This document shows positions 23,830 to 32,827 of a stretch of DNA of 64,000 bases, one piece after another; position 1 is the stretch's first letter; each line of letters opens with the position of its first letter. The notes beneath the pieces were generated by a model that worked only from the letters and a program-made list of their open reading frames with translations, made no database searches and had not been told where the DNA came from. A program made the translations under genes and the position numbers. This DNA comes from an uncultured Alphaproteobacteria bacterium. GTDB lineage: Bacteria; Pseudomonadota; Alphaproteobacteria; HIMB59; GCA-002718135. The stretch covers positions 64,308 through 128,307 of the forward strand of contig CACFOQ010000001.1 in NCBI GenBank assembly GCA_902567855.1, read 5' to 3'.

Positions 23830-24141
23830 TTAATTTTTTTCACCTTTTATTTTTTCCAATTTATCTAGATCACTACTATGAACCATAACCCAGAAACCTG
23901 GTCTATTTTTTTCACATAAAGCTATAACAGGAGTTTTACCTTCTTCTTTTGCTAATTTAGCTGTTTCATCCCACAAAGAAACTACTGTATGCTTTGCTCT
24001 TAATTTGCATTCTATAAATAAACTATCATGTATAACATCTGCTCTTGTTACTTTGCCATTTCCTCCACTTAAAGGAGTTCGCATTCCTTTAAAATATCCA
24101 GCTACATCTCTTTCTCTTTTTTTCCATGCTTTATCAGGCAT
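23830..24141 (-). CDS. Hypothetical protein; candidate minimal PD-(D/E)XK nuclease with Hjc-like motif order
   Basis: 103 aa. Motif order: 'KKRERDVAGYF' (acidic N-terminal helix), 'SGGNGK' loop, 'RADVIHDSLFIECKLR' (D...E-x-K), then 'GKTPVIALCEKNRPGFWVMV'. Lies 15 nt downstream of yebC and 3 nt upstream of tolQ on the same strand. The function is inferred and not demonstrated. Confidence 0.45.
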   Translation of the reverse strand: MPDKAWKKRERDVAGYFKGMRTPLSGGNGKVTRADVIHDSLFIECKLRAKHTVVSLWDETAKLAKEEGKTPVIALCEKNRPGFWVMVHSSDLDKLEKIKGEKN

Positions 24142-24156
24142 TAAATTCCTTTCTTA

Positions 24157-24903
24157 TCATGTTAAGGAAGCAAGTGTTTCTTCACTTACCTCAAAGTTAG
24201 AAGATACTCCTTGAACATCGTCATTATCTTCAAGTGCATTCAACAATTTAAATAATTTTTCAGCTGAGTCTTTTTCTACCTCTACTGATGTATCACTTTT
24301 CCATATTAAATCTGCAGATTTTGATGAACCAAATTTAGAAACAATTTTATCATTTAAAATATGTAGAGCTGATTGATCACAATAAATAACATAATCTTCT
24401 TCATTTATTTCTAAATCTTCTGAATCATTTTCTACTGAAAAATCAAATATTTCTTCTTCTGTTGCTAAGTTTTTTTCAATAATAATAGCACCTAATCTTT
24501 TAAAACCAAAACTTACACTTCCACTCTCTCCCAAGTTTCCACCAGATTTATTAAATATTGATCTAATTTCCGCAGCTGTTCTATTTTTATTATTTGTCAT
24601 TGCTTCAACTATTATAGCAGTTCCGTCTGGACCATAACCTTCATATCTAACTTCTTCATAATTTGAGTCAGGATCATTTCCTTCACCTTTTTTAATAGCT
24701 CTTTCTATGTTGTCTTTAGGCATATTAAGATTTTTTGCTGTATTTATAGCAGACCGTAAACGTATGTTACTTTCAGGATCTGTTCCTCCAGTTTTTACTG
24801 CAACTGAGATTTCTTTACCAAGCCTAGAAAAGACTTTTGCACGCTTTTTATCCTGAGCGCCCTTTCTATGCATAATATTTTTAAATTTAGAATGTCCTGC
24901 CAT
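24157..24903 (-). CDS. yebC: YebC/PmpR-family DNA-binding transcriptional regulator
   Basis: 248 aa with the near-invariant N-terminus 'MAGHSKFKNIMHRKGAQDKKRAK'. Confidence 0.9.
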   Translation of the reverse strand: MAGHSKFKNIMHRKGAQDKKRAKVFSRLGKEISVAVKTGGTDPESNIRLRSAINTAKNLNMPKDNIERAIKKGEGNDPDSNYEEVRYEGYGPDGTAIIVEAMTNNKNRTAAEIRSIFNKSGGNLGESGSVSFGFKRLGAIIIEKNLATEEEIFDFSVENDSEDLEINEEDYVIYCDQSALHILNDKIVSKFGSSKSADLIWKSDTSVEVEKDSAEKLFKLLNALEDNDDVQGVSSNFEVSEETLASLT

Positions 24904-24993
24904 AATGCTTATATAAATATTTAGTTCGTAATTAGTAAAGTATTTTAATTACTTGATTTAAATATATTAATATTGTGTCCAATATGTGCAAAA

Positions 24994-25782
24994 TTATAAT
25001 TGAAAAGCTTCTATTTTGAGAGCTAATCCAGATTTATCATCACTTTCTATGTATGAACCACATAATTTACCTTCGCCGCTAGCACAAACAAAACGGCCTT
25101 CTAAACGATAACCTTTAGTAAATAAGTGAAGAGGATTATCTTTTTCCATTCCTATAACCGAGTTGTAATCACCAGTCATTCCCACATCTGTTTGATAAGC
25201 TGTGCCATTTTCTAAAATTCTTGCATCTGAAGTTGGTATGTGAGTATGCGTTCCCAAAACTGCTGATACCTTTCCATCAACAAAATGACCAAACGCATTT
25301 TTTTCAGATGTTGTTTCTCCATGCATATCAATTAATATTGCATTACATGAAGAACCTAAAAATTCTTTTTTTAATCTTTTCTCTATAATTGAAAAAGGAT
25401 CGTCAAGAGATAAACCCATAAATAATCTCAACATAACTTGAATTACAATAATTGTTCTTCCATCCTCTAATTCTATTTGATATTCTCCTTGTCCAGGAAC
25501 TCCATTAGGATAATTTAAAGCTCTAATAATTTTTGGGCATTCTTCGATAAATGATAACATTTCTTTTTGATCCCAAGAATGGTTGCCTAAAGTAATAACA
25601 TTTACCCCTATATCAAAAAGATCATTGGCTATTTTTTTTGTTAAACCATAACCAGAGGCAGCATTCTCTCCATTAGCTATTATAATATCTGGATTATATT
25701 TTTTTCTTATTATAGGTAATTTTTTTTCTATAGCTTCTCTTCCAGACTTACCAACAATGTCACCTATAAAAATTATCCTCAT
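24994..25782 (-). CDS. YmdB-like metallophosphoesterase (TIGR00282 family)
   Basis: 262 aa with the calcineurin-like motifs 'RIIFIGDIVGKSGR', 'GNHSWD', 'GTHTHIPT'. Confidence 0.8.
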   Translation of the reverse strand: MRIIFIGDIVGKSGREAIEKKLPIIRKKYNPDIIIANGENAASGYGLTKKIANDLFDIGVNVITLGNHSWDQKEMLSFIEECPKIIRALNYPNGVPGQGEYQIELEDGRTIIVIQVMLRLFMGLSLDDPFSIIEKRLKKEFLGSSCNAILIDMHGETTSEKNAFGHFVDGKVSAVLGTHTHIPTSDARILENGTAYQTDVGMTGDYNSVIGMEKDNPLHLFTKGYRLEGRFVCASGEGKLCGSYIESDDKSGLALKIEAFQL

Positions 25783-26354
25783 AAAATGTTATATAATTGT
25801 TTTTCAGTTAATATGTAGTTTAATTTTTGATCTAAATGATCATGAACTACATTATTAACTTTTTGCTCCTCATAGGCTAAACCAATACTAATAAATTTAT
25901 GTTTTATTGAATAAAAATTAGCAATTGATTTATCATAATACCCTCCTCCATAACCCAACCTATATCCATTTTCATCAAAAGCAAGGCACGGAACAAAAAT
26001 TATATCAGGCAAATAAGTCTGAGAATTAACTGGTTCACTTACTCCAAACTTCCCTTTTTTTAATTCATCACCTATACAATATCTTTTAAATATAAGAATT
26101 TCTTCATTATTCTCTATTATAGGTAAACATAAAATTTTTTCTAAACTTAATAAATATTGATTTAAGGCATTTGTAGAAATTTCTGATTTAATTGATAAAA
26201 AACTAGCTACTATTTTGTTGTTATTAAACCAATCATATTTGGATAGTTTCTTATAAAAGGCATTATTTGAAATAATAGAATTGTCTATAAGTGATCTCTT
26301 TTTAGATTGCTCTTTTCTTTGTATTTTTTTTAAAAGATCAAGATCTTGACTCAT
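25779..26354 (-). CDS. 5-formyltetrahydrofolate cyclo-ligase
   Basis: 191 aa with the signature 'GYRLGYGGGYYD'. Located downstream of zapA as in many proteobacteria. Confidence 0.75.
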   Translation of the reverse strand: MSQDLDLLKKIQRKEQSKKRSLIDNSIISNNAFYKKLSKYDWFNNNKIVASFLSIKSEISTNALNQYLLSLEKILCLPIIENNEEILIFKRYCIGDELKKGKFGVSEPVNSQTYLPDIIFVPCLAFDENGYRLGYGGGYYDKSIANFYSIKHKFISIGLAYEEQKVNNVVHDHLDQKLNYILTEKQLYNIL

Positions 26355-26740
26355 TATTTTACTGATTTTTTTATTAGATCTTGAATTTTTTTTGTTATTT
26401 TTTCTACTTCTTTAATCTCAATTATAGCAGGAGAGATATCTTTAATACTAGAAATACTATTAAGTTTTATTTTTTCTAATTCTTTTTTTAATAAAATTAT
26501 TTCTTTATTTGCCTCTAAATCAATTTGTTTTTTCATTGTCTCTAATTCATCTTCAATTTTTAATGCAGCAAGAAATAATATTTGATTAGAGCTCGCTCTC
26601 CCATCATTGGGAAATTCAGACAATCTTTTTTTAAATTTTTCAATCAAATGATTTAATTTATCATAGTCATTTTTTTCGTAACTGATTTCTAGTTCTATTC
26701 CTAAAATTTCTGTTTTAAGTATTGGCATGATATTCTTCAA
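26354..26740 (-). CDS. zapA: Cell division protein ZapA (probable)
   Basis: 128 aa. N-terminal beta-rich 'ILGIELEISYEKNDYDKLNHLIEKFKKRL' followed by a coiled coil. Conserved position upstream of 5-formyl-THF cyclo-ligase. Confidence 0.55.
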   Translation of the reverse strand: MKNIMPILKTEILGIELEISYEKNDYDKLNHLIEKFKKRLSEFPNDGRASSNQILFLAALKIEDELETMKKQIDLEANKEIILLKKELEKIKLNSISSIKDISPAIIEIKEVEKITKKIQDLIKKSVK

Positions 26741-26918
26741 TTATTTCATCGATTTTTGCAATATTGCTTCTAACATCTTCTTTTAATTGAGATATGATTT
26801 TCTCTTTATTAGAGACTCGTAGTTTTTGGGCTTCTAAGCTTGAAATCAATTCTTCAACTAATAGCTCTAATTCTATGATTGATTTTTTTAAATTATTTAT
26901 TTCTTTTTCCATCTCCAT
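26715..26918 (-). CDS. Small coiled-coil protein (DUF4164-like, probable division-associated)
   Basis: 67 aa, entirely heptad-like ('LKKSIIELELLVEELISSLEAQK'). Overlaps the zapA start by 26 nt. Family assignment is from memory of alphaproteobacterial zapA neighbourhoods. Confidence 0.4.
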   Translation of the reverse strand: MEMEKEINNLKKSIIELELLVEELISSLEAQKLRVSNKEKIISQLKEDVRSNIAKIDEIIEEYHANT

Positions 26919-26999
26919 GGTTATTTATAGTTTTATTTTTTTAAATTGTCACTTTATTGAAATTAATATTTAGTATAAAAGCTATGAAAGCAGGAAAAA

Positions 27000-28976
27000 T
27001 TGACTTCTAATATTAGAAATTTATCAGAAAATGAAAAATTATCAAATTGCATTAGATTCCTTGCAATTGATGCGGTTCAAGCAGCTAAATCAGGACATCC
27101 TGGTATGCCTATGGGTATGGCTGATATTGCTACCGTTCTATTTAAAGAACATTTAAAATTTGATCCGGATGATCCGCATTGGATAGATCGAGATAGATTT
27201 ATTATTTCAAATGGTCATGGATCAATGCTTCTATACGCCCTACTATATCTAACAGGATATAAAGACATAACTTTAAATGATATAAAAAACTTCCGACAAT
27301 TGGGCTCTCCAACAGCTGGACATCCAGAGTATGGGGATCTTGCAGGAATTGAAACAACTACAGGTCCTCTATCTCAGGGATTAGCGAACGGTGTAGGCTT
27401 TGCTCTTGCTGAAAAAATTTTACAAAATAGATTTGGGAAAGATCTATTTGATCATTATACTTATATTTTTGCAGGAGATGGATGTTTAATGGAAGGCCTT
27501 AGTCATGAGGCTTCAAGTTTGGCAGGACATTTAGGATTATCAAAATTAATTGTTTTTTTTGATGACAATTCTATTTCTATTGATGGCTCAACTGAACTTA
27601 GTAATTCAGAAAATACAATGAAAAGATATGAGTCATATGGCTGGAATAGTATAAGTATAGATGGACATAATCATTCGCAAATTTCTAATGCTATTATAAA
27701 AGCAAAAAAAAATAAAAATCCAACTATCATAGCATGTAAAACAAAAATAGGTTTTGGTTCTCCTAATAAAGAGTCTCAATCTTCTTCGCATGGTTCCCCT
27801 CTAGGAGAAGATGAAATTAAATTAACTAGAAAAAACTTAGATTGGGATTATGATAGTTTTGAAATTCCAGATGATATACTTTCGAAATGGAGAAGTTTTC
27901 CCAAAAAAAACAAAACAATTAGACAAAATTGGATAGAAAAAAACACAAATATAATTTCTTCAAAAAAATATAAAGATTTTTTTTCAAAAAATTTGTCAGA
28001 TGAAATAATTGACAAATTAAAAGTATTTAAAAATAAACATTTTAAAGAAAAAACCAATTGCGCCTCAAGAAAAGCAAGTGAGGTAGCAATAGAGTTTTTT
28101 TCATCTGAACTAGAAAATTTAGTAGGAGGATCAGCTGATTTAACTGGATCTAATAATACAAAGACTAAAAATATGACCCATATTAGTAAAAATGATTTTA
28201 AAGGATCATATATCTATTATGGAATTAGAGAGCATGGTATGGCGGCCATAATGAATGGTTTGGCTTTACATGGAGGTTTAAGACCATATGGTGGAACTTT
28301 TTTAGTGTTTACTGATTATTGTAGACCTTCTGTTCGATTAGCAGCTTTAATGAATTTACCTATAATTTATATAATGACTCATGATTCCATAGGTCTTGGT
28401 GAAGATGGTCCTACTCATCAACCTGTTGAACATTTAGCTTCACTTAGAGCAATACCTAATTTAACAGTTATTAGACCCTCAGATATAATTGAAACTATTG
28501 AAGCTTGGCAATATGCTTTGGAATCGCAATCTCCCTGTGTAATTGTCTTAACTAGACAAAACCTTCCAATGCTAAGAACAAATAATAATATTAATGTAGT
28601 TGAAAGTGGAGCATATCCTATAATCGATTTTGAAAATTACCAAGGAACTATTCTAGCCACAGGATCAGAAGTAGAGATAGCATGTGAAAGTTCAAAAATT
28701 TTATCTAGTGAAAATATAAATATTAGAGTTATTTCTTTTCCTAGCTGGGAAATTTTTGATAAAAAGAGTAAAAAAGAAAAAATGGAAATTTTAGGAAATA
28801 AATTACTATTTGCTATTGAAGCTGGCGCAGTAAATGGATGGGAAAAATATGTTTCAAATGAAAACTTTATAGGTATGAACTCTTTTGGAGCTAGTGGACC
28901 ATATAAAGAATTATTTGAACATTTTGGAATAACTTCAAAAGCATTGGTTAAACTAATTAAAGAAAGAATAAAATAA
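27000..28976 (+). CDS. tkt: Transketolase
   Basis: 658 aa. 'GHPGMPMGMADIA', the TPP motif 'GDGCLMEG', and 'THDSIGLGEDGPTHQP'. TTG start preceded by AGGA at 26992-26995. There is no in-frame ATG upstream of the conserved N-terminus. Confidence 0.92.
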   Translation: MTSNIRNLSENEKLSNCIRFLAIDAVQAAKSGHPGMPMGMADIATVLFKEHLKFDPDDPHWIDRDRFIISNGHGSMLLYALLYLTGYKDITLNDIKNFRQLGSPTAGHPEYGDLAGIETTTGPLSQGLANGVGFALAEKILQNRFGKDLFDHYTYIFAGDGCLMEGLSHEASSLAGHLGLSKLIVFFDDNSISIDGSTELSNSENTMKRYESYGWNSISIDGHNHSQISNAIIKAKKNKNPTIIACKTKIGFGSPNKESQSSSHGSPLGEDEIKLTRKNLDWDYDSFEIPDDILSKWRSFPKKNKTIRQNWIEKNTNIISSKKYKDFFSKNLSDEIIDKLKVFKNKHFKEKTNCASRKASEVAIEFFSSELENLVGGSADLTGSNNTKTKNMTHISKNDFKGSYIYYGIREHGMAAIMNGLALHGGLRPYGGTFLVFTDYCRPSVRLAALMNLPIIYIMTHDSIGLGEDGPTHQPVEHLASLRAIPNLTVIRPSDIIETIEAWQYALESQSPCVIVLTRQNLPMLRTNNNINVVESGAYPIIDFENYQGTILATGSEVEIACESSKILSSENINIRVISFPSWEIFDKKSKKEKMEILGNKLLFAIEAGAVNGWEKYVSNENFIGMNSFGASGPYKELFEHFGITSKALVKLIKERIK

Positions 28977-28977
28977 A

Positions 28978-29985
28978 ATGGTAAAAGTTGCGATTAATGG
29001 ATTTGGAAGAATTGGTAAATTAGTTTTTAGAGCTATAATTGAAAAAAATTTAAAAAATGTTCAAATTGTAGCTATCAATGAATTAGGTTCATTAGAATCT
29101 AGTCTTCATTTAATTAATTTTGATAGTACGCATGGAGAATTAAAAACAAAATTATATAAAAGTAAAAAGGGTATAAAATATAATAATAAAAATATTATTT
29201 TTTGCTCAGAAAGAGATCCAGCTAAATTGCCATGGAAAAAGTTAGGTGTTGATGTTGTATTGGAATGCAGCGGAGTTTTTGCCTCTAAAGAAAAATCTCA
29301 ATCTCATATTTTAGCTGGAGCAAAAAAAGTGATTATTTCAGCGCCAGCTGCAAATGTAGACGCTACTATTGTGCAAGGAGTTAACAATAATATCTTGAGC
29401 AAAAAACATAATATTATTTCAAATGGTTCTTGTACCACAAATTGTTTGGCACCTGTAGCTATGGTTTTAGATAAAGTATTAGGTATAGAAGCTGGTTTTA
29501 TGACTACTGTTCATAGTTTTACTGGAGATCAAAGAACTTTAGATCAAACTCATAGTGATTTAAGAAGAGCTAGAACGGCAACTAGCTCAATGATACCAAC
29601 TTCTACAGGAGCTGCTAAAGCTTTAAGTTTAGTTTTGCCAAAATTAAAAGGAAAACTTGATGGAACAGCAATTAGGGTTCCTACGCCCAATGTTTCTCTA
29701 ATTGATTTAACATTTTCAAGTAAAAAAAAGGCATCAGTAGATCTTATAAATCGCTCGATGATTAACGCTTCAAAAACAAAAGATCTTAAAGGGATATTAA
29801 CTGTTAATAATTTGCCTTTAGTATCAATAGATTTTAATCATAATTCAAGTAGTTCTATTTTTGATTTAACTCAAACTCAGGTGGTTAAAGAAAAATTTTG
29901 CAGAGTTTTGTCTTGGTATGATAATGAATGGGGTTTTTCAAATAGAATGATAGATACTTTAATAAGTTTGAAAAAATTTTTATAA
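28978..29985 (+). CDS. gap: Glyceraldehyde-3-phosphate dehydrogenase
   Basis: 335 aa. 'INGFGRIGK', the active site 'SNGSCTTNCLAP', and 'WYDNEWGFS'. Confidence 0.92.
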   Translation: MVKVAINGFGRIGKLVFRAIIEKNLKNVQIVAINELGSLESSLHLINFDSTHGELKTKLYKSKKGIKYNNKNIIFCSERDPAKLPWKKLGVDVVLECSGVFASKEKSQSHILAGAKKVIISAPAANVDATIVQGVNNNILSKKHNIISNGSCTTNCLAPVAMVLDKVLGIEAGFMTTVHSFTGDQRTLDQTHSDLRRARTATSSMIPTSTGAAKALSLVLPKLKGKLDGTAIRVPTPNVSLIDLTFSSKKKASVDLINRSMINASKTKDLKGILTVNNLPLVSIDFNHNSSSSIFDLTQTQVVKEKFCRVLSWYDNEWGFSNRMIDTLISLKKFL

Positions 29986-30360
29986 GTGACATCCAAAAAT
30001 TATTGTTTTTCTTTTACAAACTATAATCATACAGCAGAAATTATAAAAACTTGTAATAACAAAAATATCAAACCAGTATTATTTATAAATAATAAATTAA
30101 TAAGTGATTTAGGTATAGAATGGCTAAATTCATTGAATGTTATGTTAAATAATCAAAAAAAACTTAAAAATTATAAATTATATGTAGATGTAAAAAAAAA
30201 TTATGGTTTATTTATAAGTTTAGTTGAAAAAGGAATAGACTATATTAAAATTGAAACATCAAAAGAAAATATTAATAAGATAAAAGAAATAGCTAAATTA
30301 AATAAAGTTTTAATAAATCCTCGATTTAGTGTAGTAGATCCTCTGAAATCTAAAATATAA
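29986..30360 (+). CDS. Hypothetical protein (orphan, GTG start abutting the gap stop)
   Basis: 124 aa. Starts at the nucleotide after the gap TAA. Very AT-rich, Asn/Lys-rich, no secure motif. Confidence 0.35.
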   Translation: MTSKNYCFSFTNYNHTAEIIKTCNNKNIKPVLFINNKLISDLGIEWLNSLNVMLNNQKKLKNYKLYVDVKKNYGLFISLVEKGIDYIKIETSKENINKIKEIAKLNKVLINPRFSVVDPLKSKI

Positions 30361-30411
30361 TTTAAAAATATCAATAAAGATAATAAAATTCAGTTCATAA
30401 AAGAGGAAAAA

Positions 30412-30981
30412 ATGAAAATTGAAGGAAATCAAATAAAAATTGGAAATATATTAGAAGTTAATAACAAACTTTGGAGAGTAACAAAAACTCAACATACTCA
30501 ACCAGGAAAAGGGGGGGCATATCTTCAAGTTGAAATGAAAGCTCTAAAAGAAGGGACAAAAACTAATGAAAGATTTCGTTCATCTGAAAGTGTTGAAAGA
30601 GTTATTCTAGATGAAAAAAAATATCAATACCTTTATTTTGATGAAAACAAATTTTATTTTATGAACACAAAAAATTATGAACAAATTGAAATAGGTGGAG
30701 ATATAATAAGTGAAGATCAATCAAAATTTTTAATAGAAAATCAAGAAATTACATTGCAGATGTATGATTCCATTCCAGTTGCAATATTATTACCTGAACA
30801 TGTAAGTTTAAAAGTGATAGAAGCAGATGCAGTCGTTAAAGGACAAACTGCAGCTTCTTCATATAAACCTGCAACTTTAGAAAGAGGTATCAAAACTTCT
30901 GTTCCACCTTTTATAGAAGTTGGTGATGAAATAGTTGTTAGTACTACAAATTCTGAATATATAGAAAAATCAAAATCCTAG
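30412..30981 (+). CDS. efp: Elongation factor P
   Basis: 189 aa with the loop 'HTQPGKGGAYLQVEMK' carrying the conserved modifiable Lys. Three-domain length. Confidence 0.92.
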   Translation: MKIEGNQIKIGNILEVNNKLWRVTKTQHTQPGKGGAYLQVEMKALKEGTKTNERFRSSESVERVILDEKKYQYLYFDENKFYFMNTKNYEQIEIGGDIISEDQSKFLIENQEITLQMYDSIPVAILLPEHVSLKVIEADAVVKGQTAASSYKPATLERGIKTSVPPFIEVGDEIVVSTTNSEYIEKSKS

Positions 30982-30982
30982 A

Positions 30983-31765
30983 ATGATAAATCAACCTCCT
31001 ATAATAAATATTTTTGAAAAAGCTGCTATAAAAGCAAGTAAATATTTAAAGCGTGATTTTGGAGAAATTGAAAATCTTCAAATTCAATCAAAAAAAATAT
31101 CAGATTTTGTTACTAATGCTGATCTTAAATCAGAAAAAATATTGCTTGAAACTCTTCAATATTATTATCCTAATGCAACTTATATAACTGAAGAAACAGG
31201 TATAATTAAAGGTAATGAAGAAACTATAGTTATAGACCCTATAGATGGAACAACTAATTTTATACATGGTATTCCTTTTGTATCAATAGTAATAGGCAGA
31301 ATTATTAATGGCGAGATAACTGATGGAATAATTCTTAATCCTATTCTTAACGAATTCTATTGGGCATCTAAAGGTAAAGGTGCTTGGTGTAACAACAAAA
31401 GATTAAGAGTTTCTAAAAGACATCAAATGATCAACTGTTTAATAGGCACTGGAATTCCTTACGCAGATAATGCCCATGAAAATTATTTAGGTGAAATAGA
31501 TATAATTTCAAAAAACTCATGTGGTTTAAGAAGAATTGGAACTGCATCTTTAGATTTAGCTTTTGTTGCTTCAGGAAAACTTGATGGTTTTTGGGAGAGA
31601 GATCTAAATATTTGGGATGTTTGCTCAGGAGTAATATTAGTTAAAGAAGCTGGGGGGAAAATTACTCTTCCAAATGGTGATGCGTGGGGCACAGAATCTA
31701 GAGATATACTTGCAACAAATACGAATATTCATGAAGAAATGCAAAACAAACTAACTTTACTTTAA
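30983..31765 (+). CDS. suhB: Inositol monophosphatase family protein (SuhB-like)
   Basis: 260 aa with 'VIDPIDGTTNF' and 'WDVCSGVILVKEAGG'. Confidence 0.8.
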   Translation: MINQPPIINIFEKAAIKASKYLKRDFGEIENLQIQSKKISDFVTNADLKSEKILLETLQYYYPNATYITEETGIIKGNEETIVIDPIDGTTNFIHGIPFVSIVIGRIINGEITDGIILNPILNEFYWASKGKGAWCNNKRLRVSKRHQMINCLIGTGIPYADNAHENYLGEIDIISKNSCGLRRIGTASLDLAFVASGKLDGFWERDLNIWDVCSGVILVKEAGGKITLPNGDAWGTESRDILATNTNIHEEMQNKLTLL

Positions 31766-31791
31766 ATAATTTTTAGTTATAAGGACCGAAA

Positions 31792-32019
31792 ATGAAAAAA
31801 AATATTCATCCAGATTATCACGAAATTGAAGTCGAAATGACTGATGGAACAAAATTTAAAACTCGTTCTACTTGGGGTAAGGCTTCAGATACTCTTAAAC
31901 TAGAAATTGATCCAAAAACCCATCCTGCTTGGACTGGCGGTAAAGCAAACATCAACGACTCTGAAGGGCAAGTGGCTAGATTTGAAAAAAGATTTAAAAA
32001 TATTAAAATAGGCAAATAA
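31792..32019 (+). CDS. rpmE: 50S ribosomal protein L31 (Cys-free form)
   Basis: 75 aa with '[12 protein letters not shown]' and 'HPAWTG'. Contains no cysteines. Confidence 0.9.
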   Translation: MKKNIHPDYHEIEVEMTDGTKFKTRSTWGKASDTLKLEIDPKTHPAWTGGKANINDSEGQVARFEKRFKNIKIGK

Positions 32020-32023
32020 TTTT

Positions 32024-32206
32024 TTATTTAAAAAATTTTTGTGCTTCTTCTTTAGTTTTTAACCTTTTTTTTATTTCTTCTTTTGCTCTTTCCTGTTCAT
32101 TAACCAAATTTAGAATATATTCCTCTAAATCTTCAACGCTAAAATCTTCAAGACTAATAGACTTTATAGCTTTGGTATTTTCATCAAATTCAATAAAATT
32201 ACTCAT
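32024..32206 (-). CDS. DUF1192-like small coiled-coil protein
   Basis: 60 aa. 'LEDFSVEDLEEYILNLVNEQERAKEEIKKR' resembles the DUF1192 pattern common in alphaproteobacteria (from memory). Confidence 0.5.
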   Translation of the reverse strand: MSNFIEFDENTKAIKSISLEDFSVEDLEEYILNLVNEQERAKEEIKKRLKTKEEAQKFFK

Positions 32207-32277
32207 AATTAATAAATTTATATATATTTATTAGGTTTGTGTTTGTATTAAATATTTTTTAATTTATAGACCTAATT

Positions 32278-32820
32278 ATGACTTTACCTCTTATGCCAAA
32301 AGCAACTGCCATATGGTTGATAGAAAATACTGGATTATCTTTTCTTCAAATTGCAAACTTTTGTGGATTACATGAACTAGAAGTTCAAGGTATTGCTGAT
32401 GGAGATGTAGCAAATGGTATGCAAGGCTATGATCCTATTGATAATAATCAATTAACTAAAGAGGAAATTAATAGATGTGAAAATGATCCTGAAGCCAGTT
32501 TAGTTCTTATAAGCTCAAAAACAATAGATGAACTACCACCTAGAAAAAAAGATACTAAATATACCCCTATTTCTTTGAGACAAGAAAAACCTTATGCTAT
32601 TCTTTGGCTCATTAAAAGATATCCTAATGAGTTAAGTAGTTCTCAAATAGCTAAACTAACTGGTTCCACAAAGAACACAGTTGAAGCCATTAGAAATGGA
32701 ACCTATAGAGAAGCAGTATTAGAATCTAAAAGTCCTATGGATATAGGTCTATGTACTTATGAAGAATTAGAAAAATCTCTTAATAGATCAAGAAAAAAAA
32801 CTGAAACAGTAACTTTATAA
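32278..32820 (+). CDS. DUF1013-family protein (TrcR-like cell-cycle transcriptional regulator)
   Basis: 180 aa. N-terminus 'LMPKATAIWLIENTGLSFLQIANFCGLHELEVQGIADGDVA' matches my recollection of the strongly conserved DUF1013 N-terminal domain. Confidence 0.6.
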   Translation: MTLPLMPKATAIWLIENTGLSFLQIANFCGLHELEVQGIADGDVANGMQGYDPIDNNQLTKEEINRCENDPEASLVLISSKTIDELPPRKKDTKYTPISLRQEKPYAILWLIKRYPNELSSSQIAKLTGSTKNTVEAIRNGTYREAVLESKSPMDIGLCTYEELEKSLNRSRKKTETVTL

Positions 32821-32827
32821 TCTTAGA

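Noticed and set aside
24904-24993. AT-only inverted repeat GTAATTA(N11)TAATTAC downstream of the ymdB-like gene and upstream of yebC, as a possible terminator or operator.
   Set aside because: A 7-bp stem made purely of A/T pairs has negligible stability and is expected by chance at this base composition.
26919-26999. Short ATG ORF (26984, MKAGKIDF*) upstream of tkt, as a possible leader peptide or alternative tkt start.
   Set aside because: It is out of frame with tkt and only 8 codons long. The AGGA at 26992-26995 is correctly spaced for the in-frame TTG at 27000, which preserves the conserved transketolase N-terminus.
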